Positions 48,281 to 58,189 of a stretch of 64,000 nt of DNA are shown here, in pieces; the stretch's first letter is position 1; the number at the start of each line of letters is the position of its first letter. Source of the stretch: a phage; the sequence record PZ445534.1; one strand, written 5' to 3'. The notes under the pieces were generated by a model that ran no database searches, was not told the origin of the DNA, and worked only from the letters and a program-made list of their open reading frames with translations. The position numbers and the translations under genes are program-made.

Positions 48281-49228
48281 TGTAGAGCATTTTTATCACC
48301 ATACCATAACGAACATGGTGAAGAGTTTTATGTAGGTCGTGCTAACATTGGTGCTGTATCTTTGAACTTACCAATGATTTATCAGTACACCAAAGAGAAT
48401 GGCTTAGATTTCTGGAAAGAGCTTGATAAGTACCTAGAAATGATTCGCAGCTTCCACAAGAAACGTTACGAAATGATTGCTAATATGCCAGCAAGTTCTA
48501 ACCCTCTTGCATTCACACAGGGTGGTCTGTACAAAGGGAATAAGAAACCTACTGACAAGGTTGGCTGGGATATCGTGAAGTCCTTCACAGCTTCTTTTGG
48601 GGTTACTGCGCTTGATGAGCTATCTGTTCTTGCTGAAGGTAAACGACTCCATGAAGTTGGAAGCTGTAGTTTTGCATATGATGTTCTGGCATACATTAAC
48701 ATGAAAACTGAAGAGTTTAAGAACGAAGATGGCTTCTTGTATGCGGTATATGGCACTCCAGCAGAATCACTTTGTGGAACTCAGTTAAAACAGTTCAGAG
48801 ATATGTTTGGCGTTATTAAAGGTGTCTCTGACAAGGAATACTTTACAAACAGTTTCCATATGAATGTTGCAGCAGACATCTCACCATTTGAGAAGCAGGA
48901 CTTAGAAGAGCCATTCTTCCATATCTGTAGAGGTGGTAGAATCCAGTATGTAAGGGTAGCTAACCCAGAAAACTTAACAGCACTTAAAAGTTGTATTACA
49001 AGAGGGATGTTGAAAGGTTTCTATCAGGGGCTTAACTTTGACTTAGCAATCTGTGAACATTGTGGTAACAGACCAAAGGCTGATGTTGAAGAATGTGAGG
49101 TTTGCCATTCACATGATATCTCTGTGATTAACAGGGTGTGCGGGTACTTGTCATTCACAAAAATTAAAGGTCAGTCTCGAATGAATGACGCTAAGATGGC
49201 AGAAATTAAGGATAGGGTTTCTATGTAA
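48281..49228 (+). CDS. nrdD: anaerobic ribonucleoside-triphosphate reductase, exon 2 (glycyl radical domain)
   Basis: Begins CRAFLS...; C-terminal zinc site CEHCG...CEVCH and glycyl-radical motif RVCGYL. Confidence 0.85.
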   Translation, partial: CRAFLSPYHNEHGEEFYVGRANIGAVSLNLPMIYQYTKENGLDFWKELDKYLEMIRSFHKKRYEMIANMPASSNPLAFTQGGLYKGNKKPTDKVGWDIVKSFTASFGVTALDELSVLAEGKRLHEVGSCSFAYDVLAYINMKTEEFKNEDGFLYAVYGTPAESLCGTQLKQFRDMFGVIKGVSDKEYFTNSFHMNVAADISPFEKQDLEEPFFHICRGGRIQYVRVANPENLTALKSCITRGMLKGFYQGLNFDLAICEHCGNRPKADVEECEVCHSHDISVINRVCGYLSFTKIKGQSRMNDAKMAEIKDRVSM

Positions 49229-49239
49229 AACTTGACAAG

Positions 49240-49626
49240 GTGGTGTGGGTCTTGATAGGCTTACATCACCTTTTTATTTGGAGTTACATTATGGACTTGT
49301 GGCTTTATGTAGCAGTTTGTGGGATTGTATGTCTGATAATCTTATTTATTCTTGGAATAATGCGATTTAGAGACATCATACAGTCAGATTTTTTGCCTGA
49401 GTTTACCATGATAGTTGGAGTTATTACACTTTGTGTCTTGGCTGTGTTCTATTCATACAAAACTGTGATATGGATGGAGGCAAACAATTGTGTAAAAACT
49501 CATCAGCATCGTGAGGTTACTCATTCTGTGAGTGTACTTAGTGGTAGCACCACTATACTTGTCCCACAAACTTCTGTAGAGTATCTTTACACATGTGATA
49601 ATGGTAAAACTATATGGTGGAATTAA
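49240..49626 (+). CDS. membrane protein
   Basis: 128 aa, multiple hydrophobic helices. Confidence 0.3.
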   Translation: MVWVLIGLHHLFIWSYIMDLWLYVAVCGIVCLIILFILGIMRFRDIIQSDFLPEFTMIVGVITLCVLAVFYSYKTVIWMEANNCVKTHQHREVTHSVSVLSGSTTILVPQTSVEYLYTCDNGKTIWWN

Positions 49627-49829
49627 CAATGACAACACTCTTAAAAGTATTGATACCCATACTACATATAGCAGTCTTCTTTTTTGGTGTTAGTGTTATG
49701 GTATGGGGATTTTCAGACCCACAATGGAGTTTCTCATATCATGGTCAGATGGATTTATGGTCATGCTTCAAACCATTTTTAGGGTTAGCTATAGCATTCA
49801 GTGCATTACCAACTAAGGTGAAATTATGA
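49614..49829 (+). CDS. small membrane protein
   Basis: 71 aa, two hydrophobic helices. Confidence 0.3.
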   Translation: MVELTMTTLLKVLIPILHIAVFFFGVSVMVWGFSDPQWSFSYHGQMDLWSCFKPFLGLAIAFSALPTKVKL

Positions 49830-50221
49830 TTAAGTTGAACCAAAAACAGTTAGAGTGGCTTAAAGATTACGCCTCAGAGTGTGGCTCTTGCGAAAAGAAT
49901 CACGTAAAATACTCAACATTCCATACAACCTTCACATTGTATATTGGCGACAACGTTCTAAGTGATTCCGTAGAAGATGGTGTACCGTTGCCTAATGAAT
50001 TGCTTGACAAATTAGCTGTAGTCACTGGAACTTGGTCTGAAGAAGACGGTCATGAATTATCTGACAATGTTGTCTTCTACAGTCTTGAAAATATTATGAA
50101 TCCAGAGTACATTATGCTAATGACTTGTGCACAAGATTGTGTGCCATTGCAAAACTTCATTAAAGAGCACTGTGAAGAATTTATTACTAAACAGGTTCCC
50201 TGTCAGGTAGTGTTTGAATGA
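49826..50221 (+). CDS. hypothetical protein
   Basis: 131 aa ORF. Confidence 0.35.
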   Translation: MIKLNQKQLEWLKDYASECGSCEKNHVKYSTFHTTFTLYIGDNVLSDSVEDGVPLPNELLDKLAVVTGTWSEEDGHELSDNVVFYSLENIMNPEYIMLMTCAQDCVPLQNFIKEHCEEFITKQVPCQVVFE

Positions 50222-50280
50222 GTAAAACAATTCGAAGAAAAGGTTTAAAGAGCGATTAAATAAATTGGTGAGGTAACTAG

Positions 50281-50766
50281 ATGAATTACATGGAGATTAG
50301 ACCATTCGATACATCTAATGGTGAAGGGGTTCGTGTAAGCCTCTTCGTAGCTGGTTGTAAGCATCACTGTGAAGGCTGCTTTAACAGGGAGTCTTGGAAG
50401 TTTAATGCTGGTAAAGTATTTACTTATGCAAACTTCTACGGCATCATTAAGTTAATGGATGATGATGCTGTCAGTGGGCTGTCAATACTTGGTGGAGAAC
50501 CTCTGGATGATAGAAATATTCAAGAGGTTACCAACATATGCAAACGTATTAAAACCGTTTACCCAGAAAAATCTATCTGGCTCTGGACAGGTTTTCAGTT
50601 ACACGAAAAAATTCACCTAGATGTGATGAAATATGTTGACGTGGTGATTGATGGTAAGTATGATTCATCTAAACCAACAGTTAAACCATATCGTGGTTCT
50701 GATAACCAAAACCTCTGGAGAAAAGAGTATGGATGGCAAGGCGATTGTCAATGGCGAGCAGAGTGA
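50281..50766 (+). CDS. nrdG: anaerobic ribonucleotide reductase activating protein (radical SAM)
   Basis: 161 aa; CxxxCxxC cluster motif GCKHHCEGC. Confidence 0.8.
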   Translation: MNYMEIRPFDTSNGEGVRVSLFVAGCKHHCEGCFNRESWKFNAGKVFTYANFYGIIKLMDDDAVSGLSILGGEPLDDRNIQEVTNICKRIKTVYPEKSIWLWTGFQLHEKIHLDVMKYVDVVIDGKYDSSKPTVKPYRGSDNQNLWRKEYGWQGDCQWRAE

Positions 50767-51004
50767 TTATTCTGGCAAATGGACTTACGACATCAACAAG
50801 TTAGATGCTTGGATGATTTATACGAGAGAAAAATTTGGTGCAAGTTCATTATGTGCTCTTGCAACGATGGTGAAGAACGTTACCTTTGACATTCATGACT
50901 CAGATAAGTTTGGAGACTTCTACAGGATTCAAAACATCAGAGAAGGCATGACTCCAATTGGTATCACTGAAGAAGAACTTCATAAGTTCTGTATTAAACT
51001 TTAA
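50648..51004 (+). CDS. hypothetical protein (start probably internal)
   Basis: 118 aa ORF overlapping nrdG 3' end in another frame. Confidence 0.25.
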   Translation: MMVSMIHLNQQLNHIVVLITKTSGEKSMDGKAIVNGEQSDYSGKWTYDINKLDAWMIYTREKFGASSLCALATMVKNVTFDIHDSDKFGDFYRIQNIREGMTPIGITEEELHKFCIKL

Positions 51005-51285
51005 TGAGAGAGACTAAAATGGGAATTTTAGGTAATATGAAAGCTGGCTTCTTGAAGGCACTGGCAAAAGCAGCAGCAATCATTTCTATGACTGGAAAGC
51101 AGGTTGGTGTAGATGCTTCAGCAGTTGCACAAGTTCTTACAAGCCAAATTGAACAGCAACCTTACATCTACGTAGGCCGTGGCAAAGGTGGTAAAAAACA
51201 AGCACATCGACCAACTGGTGCAGCAGCAATTAAACGTGCAGCTAAAAAAGCTCGTAACCGTAAACGTAATAAGAAGGCTAAATAA
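51004..51285 (+). CDS. small basic protein
   Basis: 93 aa; Lys/Arg-rich C-terminus. Confidence 0.35.
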   Translation: MRETKMGILGNMKAGFLKALAKAAAIISMTGKQVGVDASAVAQVLTSQIEQQPYIYVGRGKGGKKQAHRPTGAAAIKRAAKKARNRKRNKKAK

Positions 51286-51287
51286 TC

Positions 51288-51608
51288 ATGAGCAAAGTTT
51301 ATAACACTCGCAAATTACAGATTTTCGTACTGTGCCAGTTTATGGCTAAAGAATACAACTTCTACTATTGCGGCACAGGTTTTATTAGCGACGATGATGG
51401 TTCATACCTACCATTCAAAGAAGCTGTAAAACTCTTTAATGAAGAGAAAAGCTCTAAGAAAGATATTGAAAAGGTTAAGCTAACTTACAGTAAGAAAGAT
51501 AAGAAGATTATCTGCCTAGATAACTTTGTAAAAGTTACTGGAGAAGCAAAAGAGTTTATGGATGAGAGTGAGATTTCATTCACAAGCATCTTGAAAGTAG
51601 CTCAGTAA
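51288..51608 (+). CDS. hypothetical protein
   Basis: 106 aa ORF. Confidence 0.35.
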   Translation: MSKVYNTRKLQIFVLCQFMAKEYNFYYCGTGFISDDDGSYLPFKEAVKLFNEEKSSKKDIEKVKLTYSKKDKKIICLDNFVKVTGEAKEFMDESEISFTSILKVAQ

Positions 51609-51619
51609 ACAGATACTAT

Positions 51620-51650
51620 AAGGGAACTGTAAAGGTTCCCTTTTTATTTT
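51620..51650 (+). terminator. rho-independent terminator
   Basis: GGGAAC-tgtaaag-GTTCCC + TTTTT. Confidence 0.55.
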
Positions 51651-51772
51651 GGAGATGATATGTATCTGTCAAACCTAAAACGTTCTGCTGCAATGTCAGT
51701 GTTAAGACTTAGCTTTGAGGAACGTCAAGAGTTCATTGACTCCACCAATACGACCCCTCAAACTCCAATCAC

Positions 51773-52045
51773 ATGATTCTCTGGAATCGTGAAAGTACTC
51801 GTGAAAGAGTACTATTCCGTTATTACCCACACTACACTATAGATAACCTGTATGAATGTTTTGTTGTGAAGAACACCATTGCAGTGCTCAATAAGCTTTG
51901 TAGATACACAGGTAGTCAATCCTTCACATTAGGCCACCACAAACCTGTTACAAAAGGTGGTGAACATCACTGTGCAAACTGGTTTATTCAGACTAAAGCT
52001 GATAACCAGAAGCAAGGAGATAACCTTTTAAGTGCCCTAAGATGA
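51773..52045 (+). CDS. small HNH endonuclease
   Basis: 90 aa; HNH-like LGHHKPVTKGGEHHCANWFIQTKADNQKQGDN. Confidence 0.45.
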   Translation: MILWNRESTRERVLFRYYPHYTIDNLYECFVVKNTIAVLNKLCRYTGSQSFTLGHHKPVTKGGEHHCANWFIQTKADNQKQGDNLLSALR

Positions 52046-52165
52046 CCTATGAAGAGCAAGAGAGATATATCAAAAATAATATGCCAGATGTGCTTGACAA
52101 CAACTATACAGATTTGGCAATATCTCTCCTGTTGAAGTTCGAGACAGTTTATAGGGCAACTTATA

Positions 52166-52444
52166 ATGGCTAAAGAAAAGTGGGAGATTTTACCATTAGT
52201 CAGTGAAGGAGGTAATGGTTGTGAAATGTACATGATACGTGGTCATGTTCCAGAGCCAATTGCACTTGAGATGGTAAACAACTTTACAGATGGTTCTTAC
52301 AAAGACTTAGGCGAACCAACTGTCAAGCAACAATGGGTTAAACCTGTACCAGACAGCACAGGTAACTGTAGTGTACTTTATCACGTTGTAGACCCTGCAA
52401 AATGCAAATCTGCAATGGCAGTAACAAACGTAACTTTTGATTGA
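52166..52444 (+). CDS. hypothetical protein
   Basis: 92 aa ORF. Confidence 0.3.
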   Translation: MAKEKWEILPLVSEGGNGCEMYMIRGHVPEPIALEMVNNFTDGSYKDLGEPTVKQQWVKPVPDSTGNCSVLYHVVDPAKCKSAMAVTNVTFD

Positions 52445-53337
52445 GAGAGAAAACTATGAAAACTGTTATTGAAGCCGTCATCACCGCTCAAGAGAAATTC
52501 TTCCACACAGAAAAATTTAATATCATTCAATTCCCATCTGGAGAAATTGGTGGAAACTTCTCTGAAGATTTTGTTAAGTTTACTGAGCGTAATGCCGGTA
52601 AGATTGATAATGTTATAATTACTGTACAGGGATATGACAAAGATACACTGTTTGCATTAGCTTTGGCTAAGGATGCCGTTGACAGTCTTGTTCCCCAGAA
52701 ATCAGCGATGAAAACCGTTGTTTTCGGGTTCTTACCAAATGCTCGATATGACCGCCACATGTTCAAAGGTGATGCAGCAGCACTGAAAGTCTTTGCCAAC
52801 CTAGTTAATGCAATGGGTTTTGATGCAGTATGTGCTCTTGACCCTCATAGTAATGTTGCAGAAAACTTATTTAAGTGCTTTCAAAGCATGAAGCAAAAAG
52901 ATGTGGCAGTACACTTTGCAAGTGACCCACGCATTGATTTCTTGGTAGCCCCAGATGCAGGTGCAGCTAAGAAGACTGAAGATACCGCTAAAGAGGTGGA
53001 TAAACCGTATATCACAATGTCTAAGGTGCGCAATCTTAAGACTGGAGAAATCACTGGTATGCGAATCCTAGACGATGTTGATTTGACCGATAAAACTGTC
53101 ATGATTCTTGATGATATCTGTGATGGTGGTCGAACCTTCGTAGAGGCAGCTAAACACCTACGTGAAGCAGGTGCAAAACGTGTGGAACTCTATGTAACTC
53201 ATGGTATTTTCTCTAAAGGTGTTGAAAACTTACTTGACAACGGTATTGACCATATCTACACTACAAACACCTTAGGTGAAGCTAAAGACCGTGGCTTAAC
53301 ACATTACGCCCAAGTTACTGTAGCAACCATTGATTGA
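52441..53337 (+). CDS. prs: ribose-phosphate pyrophosphokinase (PRPP synthetase)
   Basis: 298 aa; PRPP-binding motif MILDDICDGGRTFVEAAKHLREAGAKRV and overall resemblance to E. coli Prs as recalled. Confidence 0.8.
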   Translation: MREKTMKTVIEAVITAQEKFFHTEKFNIIQFPSGEIGGNFSEDFVKFTERNAGKIDNVIITVQGYDKDTLFALALAKDAVDSLVPQKSAMKTVVFGFLPNARYDRHMFKGDAAALKVFANLVNAMGFDAVCALDPHSNVAENLFKCFQSMKQKDVAVHFASDPRIDFLVAPDAGAAKKTEDTAKEVDKPYITMSKVRNLKTGEITGMRILDDVDLTDKTVMILDDICDGGRTFVEAAKHLREAGAKRVELYVTHGIFSKGVENLLDNGIDHIYTTNTLGEAKDRGLTHYAQVTVATID

Positions 53338-53386
53338 AACTTTATATGGGCTTGAAAGCCCCACTTTGAGAGAGAGAGATTAAAAG

Positions 53387-55168
53387 ATGACTAAATCACT
53401 TTACGCAGTACCAGCAGGTCTTAATGCAGATGCTTACAAGGCATCACATATATATCAGTATCCAGATGCTACGCAATATCTTATGTTGAACCTGACACCA
53501 CGTAGTGATAAATGGTTTAACAGCCCTTTGGCAATTGACGGTGTAGTGGCTTTTGGTATTCAACGTTTCGTTAAAGATTACTTGATAGACCACTGGAACG
53601 CCACTTTCTTTGAACGTGATAAAAAAGAAGCCATTGATGAAATCTTAGAAGTCATGAATGGTGTTCTGGGTAAAGATGCTATCGGTCGAGAGCACTGGGA
53701 AGCACTTCACGACTTAGGTTATCTACCAGTTGAAGTATACGCTGTAGAAGAAGGTACAGTTGTCCCTATGCGCGTCCCAATGATTGTCTTCCAGAACACT
53801 GTTTCAGGCTTCCATTGGGTAGCGGGGTATCTGGAAGATGCTTTCTCTGCTGAGATTTGGAAGGCTTGTACCATTGCAACTATTGCATTGCACTACAAAC
53901 GTATCTGTAAGAAGTGGGCTGACCTTACTTGTGACAACGACTTGCATTTGCCTTATCAGTGCCATGACTTTGCTATGCGTGGTATGTCCGGCTTTACTGA
54001 TGACGCATTTAACGCTGTAGGCCACTTAACCAGCTTTAAAGGAACTGATAGCTTCCCTGCTGTGTATACGGCTAAACGAATCTATGGACAGTCCTACCCA
54101 ATCTCTGATATTGGTAGCTCTGTACCAGCCACTGAGCACTCTGTAATGTGTGCAAACATTGCTTGGGAAGGTGGTAATGAGTTGATTGAAGAAGAAAGAC
54201 GCTTTAAAGGTGAGTTACAAACCTTCCGTCGTTTCTTAACAGAAACTTACCCAACTGGTATTGCAAGTGTTGTTTCAGACACTTATAACTTCTGGAGAAC
54301 TGTGTCAGAAATTTTACCAGCACTTCGTAAAGAAATTATGGAACGTGATGGCAAACTGGTAATTCGTCCTGACTCTGGAGACCCTGTACATATTGTCACA
54401 GGTTATAAAGCAATCCACTTAGAATGTGCTAAAAAGGCTTATTACGAGCACCTAAGCAAGCTGGAAGCCAGTGACACAATGTTGAATGCTGTTCTGAACA
54501 TGAAGCTTGAAAATATCAACTATGGTATTGCTGGATGGCTACTGTCAGAAGGCTACGAAATGGTTGTTGACAGAGAAGACTTTGAAGTTGCTGATACAGT
54601 GATGTTGAAAAATGCTTATATGGTTGGTTCTGCAAACGTTGTAACACGTCCTGTAGCTGAGATTGATGGAGCTATTAAGACACTGTACAACATCTTCGGA
54701 GGGACTATTAACTCTAAAGGGTTTAAGGTACTGGATGAGCACATCGGCCTTATCTATGGTGACTCTATCACGCTGGAACGTGCAAACGAAATCCTGAAGC
54801 GTCTGTATGAAATGGGTTTTGCAAGCTCTAACGTAGTGTTTGGTGTAGGCTCTTACACTTACCAGTACATGACTCGTGACACCTTTGCATTTGCTGTCAA
54901 AGCAACTCTTGCAAGCATTGGTGGTAAAGAGATTATGCTTGCAAAAGACCCTAAAACAGATAGTGGTGTTAAGAAATCTGCCTTTGGTGGTGTAGCACCT
55001 ATGTGGGATGGTGATAAGCTGAAAGCTGTAGATGGCTATGGATTCCAGAGTTTTGCAGATGTACTTGACCACCAAGCTTGTGCTTTACGTTTAGTCTTTA
55101 GCGACTCTGAGCAGTTCGGTTATACAACTCTTGGAGATATTCGAAATAATATTGACAAGCAGCTTTAA
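53387..55168 (+). CDS. nadV: nicotinamide phosphoribosyltransferase (NadV/NAMPT-like)
   Basis: 593 aa; N-terminal DAYKASHIYQYP matches NAMPT signature DSYKVTHYKQYP as recalled; adjacent to prs. Confidence 0.75.
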   Translation: MTKSLYAVPAGLNADAYKASHIYQYPDATQYLMLNLTPRSDKWFNSPLAIDGVVAFGIQRFVKDYLIDHWNATFFERDKKEAIDEILEVMNGVLGKDAIGREHWEALHDLGYLPVEVYAVEEGTVVPMRVPMIVFQNTVSGFHWVAGYLEDAFSAEIWKACTIATIALHYKRICKKWADLTCDNDLHLPYQCHDFAMRGMSGFTDDAFNAVGHLTSFKGTDSFPAVYTAKRIYGQSYPISDIGSSVPATEHSVMCANIAWEGGNELIEEERRFKGELQTFRRFLTETYPTGIASVVSDTYNFWRTVSEILPALRKEIMERDGKLVIRPDSGDPVHIVTGYKAIHLECAKKAYYEHLSKLEASDTMLNAVLNMKLENINYGIAGWLLSEGYEMVVDREDFEVADTVMLKNAYMVGSANVVTRPVAEIDGAIKTLYNIFGGTINSKGFKVLDEHIGLIYGDSITLERANEILKRLYEMGFASSNVVFGVGSYTYQYMTRDTFAFAVKATLASIGGKEIMLAKDPKTDSGVKKSAFGGVAPMWDGDKLKAVDGYGFQSFADVLDHQACALRLVFSDSEQFGYTTLGDIRNNIDKQL

Positions 55169-55181
55169 AAGTATATGATAA

Positions 55182-55206
55182 GAGGCTCCTACGGGAGCCT
55201 TTTTAA
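55182..55206 (+). terminator. rho-independent terminator
   Basis: GAGGCTCC-tacg-GGAGCCT + TTTT. Confidence 0.55.
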
Positions 55207-55221
55207 TTTCTGGAGAAGACT

Positions 55222-55557
55222 ATGAAAATCAAAGAAATGAACATCAACATTGTCTTAGAAGAACGTTGGGAGAACATCAAGAAGCCTGAAGATGGTAAAA
55301 AGTTCCTTAACAAAATTTTAGTAGCAGCTAAAGAAGAACTGACTGGCAAGATTGCAGCAGCAATCACAATAAAAATCTGTGTAAAAGGTCTTCCACAACA
55401 TCACCAATTTGCACTTGACGAGTTTAAAGAAAGCTTCTACAATCCAAACAAACAGATGCTTGAAAGTAACTTTGCAGTGTCTACAAGTATCGTCCATGAC
55501 AGAAGCTTTATCCTTTACAAGAATATGAGAGGTGAGTCATGCAAGCATATTGGATAG
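55222..55557 (+). CDS. hypothetical protein
   Basis: 111 aa ORF. Confidence 0.35.
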   Translation: MKIKEMNINIVLEERWENIKKPEDGKKFLNKILVAAKEELTGKIAAAITIKICVKGLPQHHQFALDEFKESFYNPNKQMLESNFAVSTSIVHDRSFILYKNMRGESCKHIG

Positions 55558-55715
55558 AAATTTTACTGTCACTTGGTAGTGTAGCAGTATTTGTTTACCT
55601 TCTTTGCAAGTACTATGCAGAGCACAAGAAGTGTGATTACTGCAACGGGGAAGGGTACACAAGAGCAGGCTGTTGCCCTATGTGTGGTGGTTCTGGTAAA
55701 ATGTTTAATAAGTAA
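55539..55715 (+). CDS. small membrane-anchored Cys-rich (CxxCxGxG-type) protein, not in ORF track
   Basis: 58 aa from ATG 55539; N-terminal TM helix then CDYCNGEG...CCPMCGGSG zinc-finger-like repeats. Confidence 0.3.
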   Translation: MQAYWIEILLSLGSVAVFVYLLCKYYAEHKKCDYCNGEGYTRAGCCPMCGGSGKMFNK

Positions 55716-55743
55716 TTTAACAGTAAACTAAGAGGAAAGTATT

Positions 55744-58110
55744 ATGCGCATGGTAAATGACCACGCAGAAGTGATTAAGAGTTCAACTTCTTTAGAGACG
55801 TCTCAAGCACAGATTACAATGACACCTGAGATGTTCAGCCTTTTGAGTTCTGGTGTATACACCTTTAAAGAAAGGGCAGTGATTCGCGAACTGTCATGTA
55901 ACGCAGTAGATGCTCAGAAAGAAGCTGGAAAAGAGAACATCCCATTCCATGTGCATTTACCTACTCGTTTTGAGCCTTACTTCGAAGTTCGTGATTTTGG
56001 AACTGGATTGACTCATGATAAAGTTATGAGTTTGTACCTAAACTATGGAGCTTCTACGAAGAATGACTCTAATGACTACATTGGTGCAATGGGTATCGGC
56101 TCAAAGTCACCATTTGCAATTGCTCAGTCATTCACAGTATCTAGCTATGTTGACGGTGTTGTTAATAAATACTCTGTTTATCTTGAGAATGGTATCCCTC
56201 AAGTAACTAAGCTGACAACTAACCCAACAAAAGAACCTAATGGTTTGGCTGTACGTGTGGCAGTTGCTGACCACCGTATCTCAAAGTTCTTTGAAGAAGC
56301 TGGAAATGTGTACTCATACTTCACTGTAAAACCAGAAAGTAATATTGAGTACGACGATGTATTAGCAGATATGAACGTCATTGCCCGTGAAGAAGGTGTT
56401 TATGATGCCATGATTCATAAGCAAAGCTGGCGTTCTAGTGGTAACAGGACAGAGTTTAATGTGGTGATGGGTAATATTGCCTATCCAGTGAACATGGAAG
56501 CATTACTTGGTGATGATTTCTTCAAAGTCTTGCCAGAGTTTTTCCGTAGGAGCGTAGACCTTGTAAACATCTACATGCCTATTGGTTCAGTTGCTATAGC
56601 AGCTTCTCGTGAAGCATTGCAGATGAATGATACGACAAAAAATGTTATCATCGAGGCTACCAAAAAGATAACTGAAGCAATTACAAAGGATGTTATCAAG
56701 AAAGTTAATAGTCAACCTACACTTATGGATGCTGCACAGGCTTATGCTGAGTTACGTTTGAACTCACGAGAGATGTTTAATGCTGTGTGTCCAAAGCTAG
56801 AGTGGGGAGGCGTTAAGCTTGATTCTCTGGAAGAAGAATTACTAAACATTCGTCGTGGAATTATCTACGCAGAAGACGGCTCAGTCATTTATGAACGTGA
56901 CGGCAAAGGTAATATTAAGGTTGATAGGAATGGGAACAATATCCCTAAAGTAGATTATCTTTATGACCCAGTTGCTTATGTCAAGTTCAACTCTTTAGAG
57001 AGTAAGATTCGTGCAACATCACTTTCCTACACTCAAGAGGCAAGTATGTTCAATATCTTTGGCGCAATGCGTAAAAGCCAAATTGAACAGTTTTTGTTTG
57101 TTATAAATGACCGTCGAAATAAAAACGGTACTGAGAAGACTGTAGGACGCAACCAAATCTTGCGTGGTGCATGTCGAGACTATGCCAGTGAATCAAGTCT
57201 GTTTCACAGATACAATGGTATTGTCTTTGTATTCTCTACAGAGAAAGAGCTAGACGACTTAATCAATCTGCACAAACTTGATAAAAGCTTGTTAAAGATT
57301 GTGAAGATGTCTGATAAGGAACATCATTATCAGCGTAAAGAAGCTGTAAGAGGCGTTGTAAAACTTTGGAAAGCTGTTCCAGCAGAAGGTGTAGCTTCCT
57401 ATAAAGAGGTTTCAGAGGACTTTGATACAATTGAAGAACCTCAGCTTTACATTAAGGCAGTCGGTGACACAGTTGATGGTGAATGTTTTTGCTCATCTCC
57501 AGAAGATGTAGCTAAGTCAGTTGCTAATGTTACAGGTAAGACAGTCTATGTTTTCCGAAAAGCAAATTGGAAAAAGATACCAGAAGACTGGATTGAAGTA
57601 GATGAGAAACTCTTGAACGACAGCTTAACTGATGTTCATTGGATTAATCATAACAGGTATATGACACGTATCTATATGAATGGTGTCCTCGACCTTACAA
57701 GCAGTTGGATTATTGCCAGAAACTTTACGTTCAATAACAGGAAGATTTCTCGTGGCTATTGTTATTCACGGGATACAAACAAAACTATCTTCTTAGAAGG
57801 TAATGAAGATGCTGTAGAGGCAATGTTTGGTAAAATCCAATACGTTGCTGCGCCTTTTGCATACACTTACACTATTAGTGTGTTGCAAGATTTAAAAAGC
57901 TGTCTTGATAATGATACAAAGCTGTACAAGAAAATTAAGAAAGCTGGTGACCGTATGGTCATCAAGGTGACAAACTACCTTTCAAAAAGAAAACAAGAAA
58001 ACTTCTTGCTTTCTCATTTAGATTGGAATAAAGTGTCACCCATCGAAGTGAGTAAGTTCTTAGGCTTTGATGTGAAGTGTGTTCCAGAAGGGACTACAAT
58101 TTACGATTAA
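55744..58110 (+). CDS. rIIA: rIIA-like protein with N-terminal GHKL (histidine-kinase-like) ATPase domain
   Basis: 788 aa; GHKL N-box RELSCNAVDA, G1 box DFGTGL, G2 box GAMGIGSKS; followed by rIIB homolog. Confidence 0.7.
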   Translation: MRMVNDHAEVIKSSTSLETSQAQITMTPEMFSLLSSGVYTFKERAVIRELSCNAVDAQKEAGKENIPFHVHLPTRFEPYFEVRDFGTGLTHDKVMSLYLNYGASTKNDSNDYIGAMGIGSKSPFAIAQSFTVSSYVDGVVNKYSVYLENGIPQVTKLTTNPTKEPNGLAVRVAVADHRISKFFEEAGNVYSYFTVKPESNIEYDDVLADMNVIAREEGVYDAMIHKQSWRSSGNRTEFNVVMGNIAYPVNMEALLGDDFFKVLPEFFRRSVDLVNIYMPIGSVAIAASREALQMNDTTKNVIIEATKKITEAITKDVIKKVNSQPTLMDAAQAYAELRLNSREMFNAVCPKLEWGGVKLDSLEEELLNIRRGIIYAEDGSVIYERDGKGNIKVDRNGNNIPKVDYLYDPVAYVKFNSLESKIRATSLSYTQEASMFNIFGAMRKSQIEQFLFVINDRRNKNGTEKTVGRNQILRGACRDYASESSLFHRYNGIVFVFSTEKELDDLINLHKLDKSLLKIVKMSDKEHHYQRKEAVRGVVKLWKAVPAEGVASYKEVSEDFDTIEEPQLYIKAVGDTVDGECFCSSPEDVAKSVANVTGKTVYVFRKANWKKIPEDWIEVDEKLLNDSLTDVHWINHNRYMTRIYMNGVLDLTSSWIIARNFTFNNRKISRGYCYSRDTNKTIFLEGNEDAVEAMFGKIQYVAAPFAYTYTISVLQDLKSCLDNDTKLYKKIKKAGDRMVIKVTNYLSKRKQENFLLSHLDWNKVSPIEVSKFLGFDVKCVPEGTTIYD

Positions 58111-58121
58111 AGTGTTTGACA

Positions 58122-58139
58122 AGGGGCTTCAAAGCCCCT
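58122..58139 (+). other. stem-loop without T-run between rIIA and rIIB
   Basis: AGGGGCTT-caa-AAGCCCCT inverted repeat. Confidence 0.35.
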
Positions 58140-58189
58140 TAGAATAGCCTTACAAAATGATTTATTAACTAACAAGAGAGAGTAATAAG

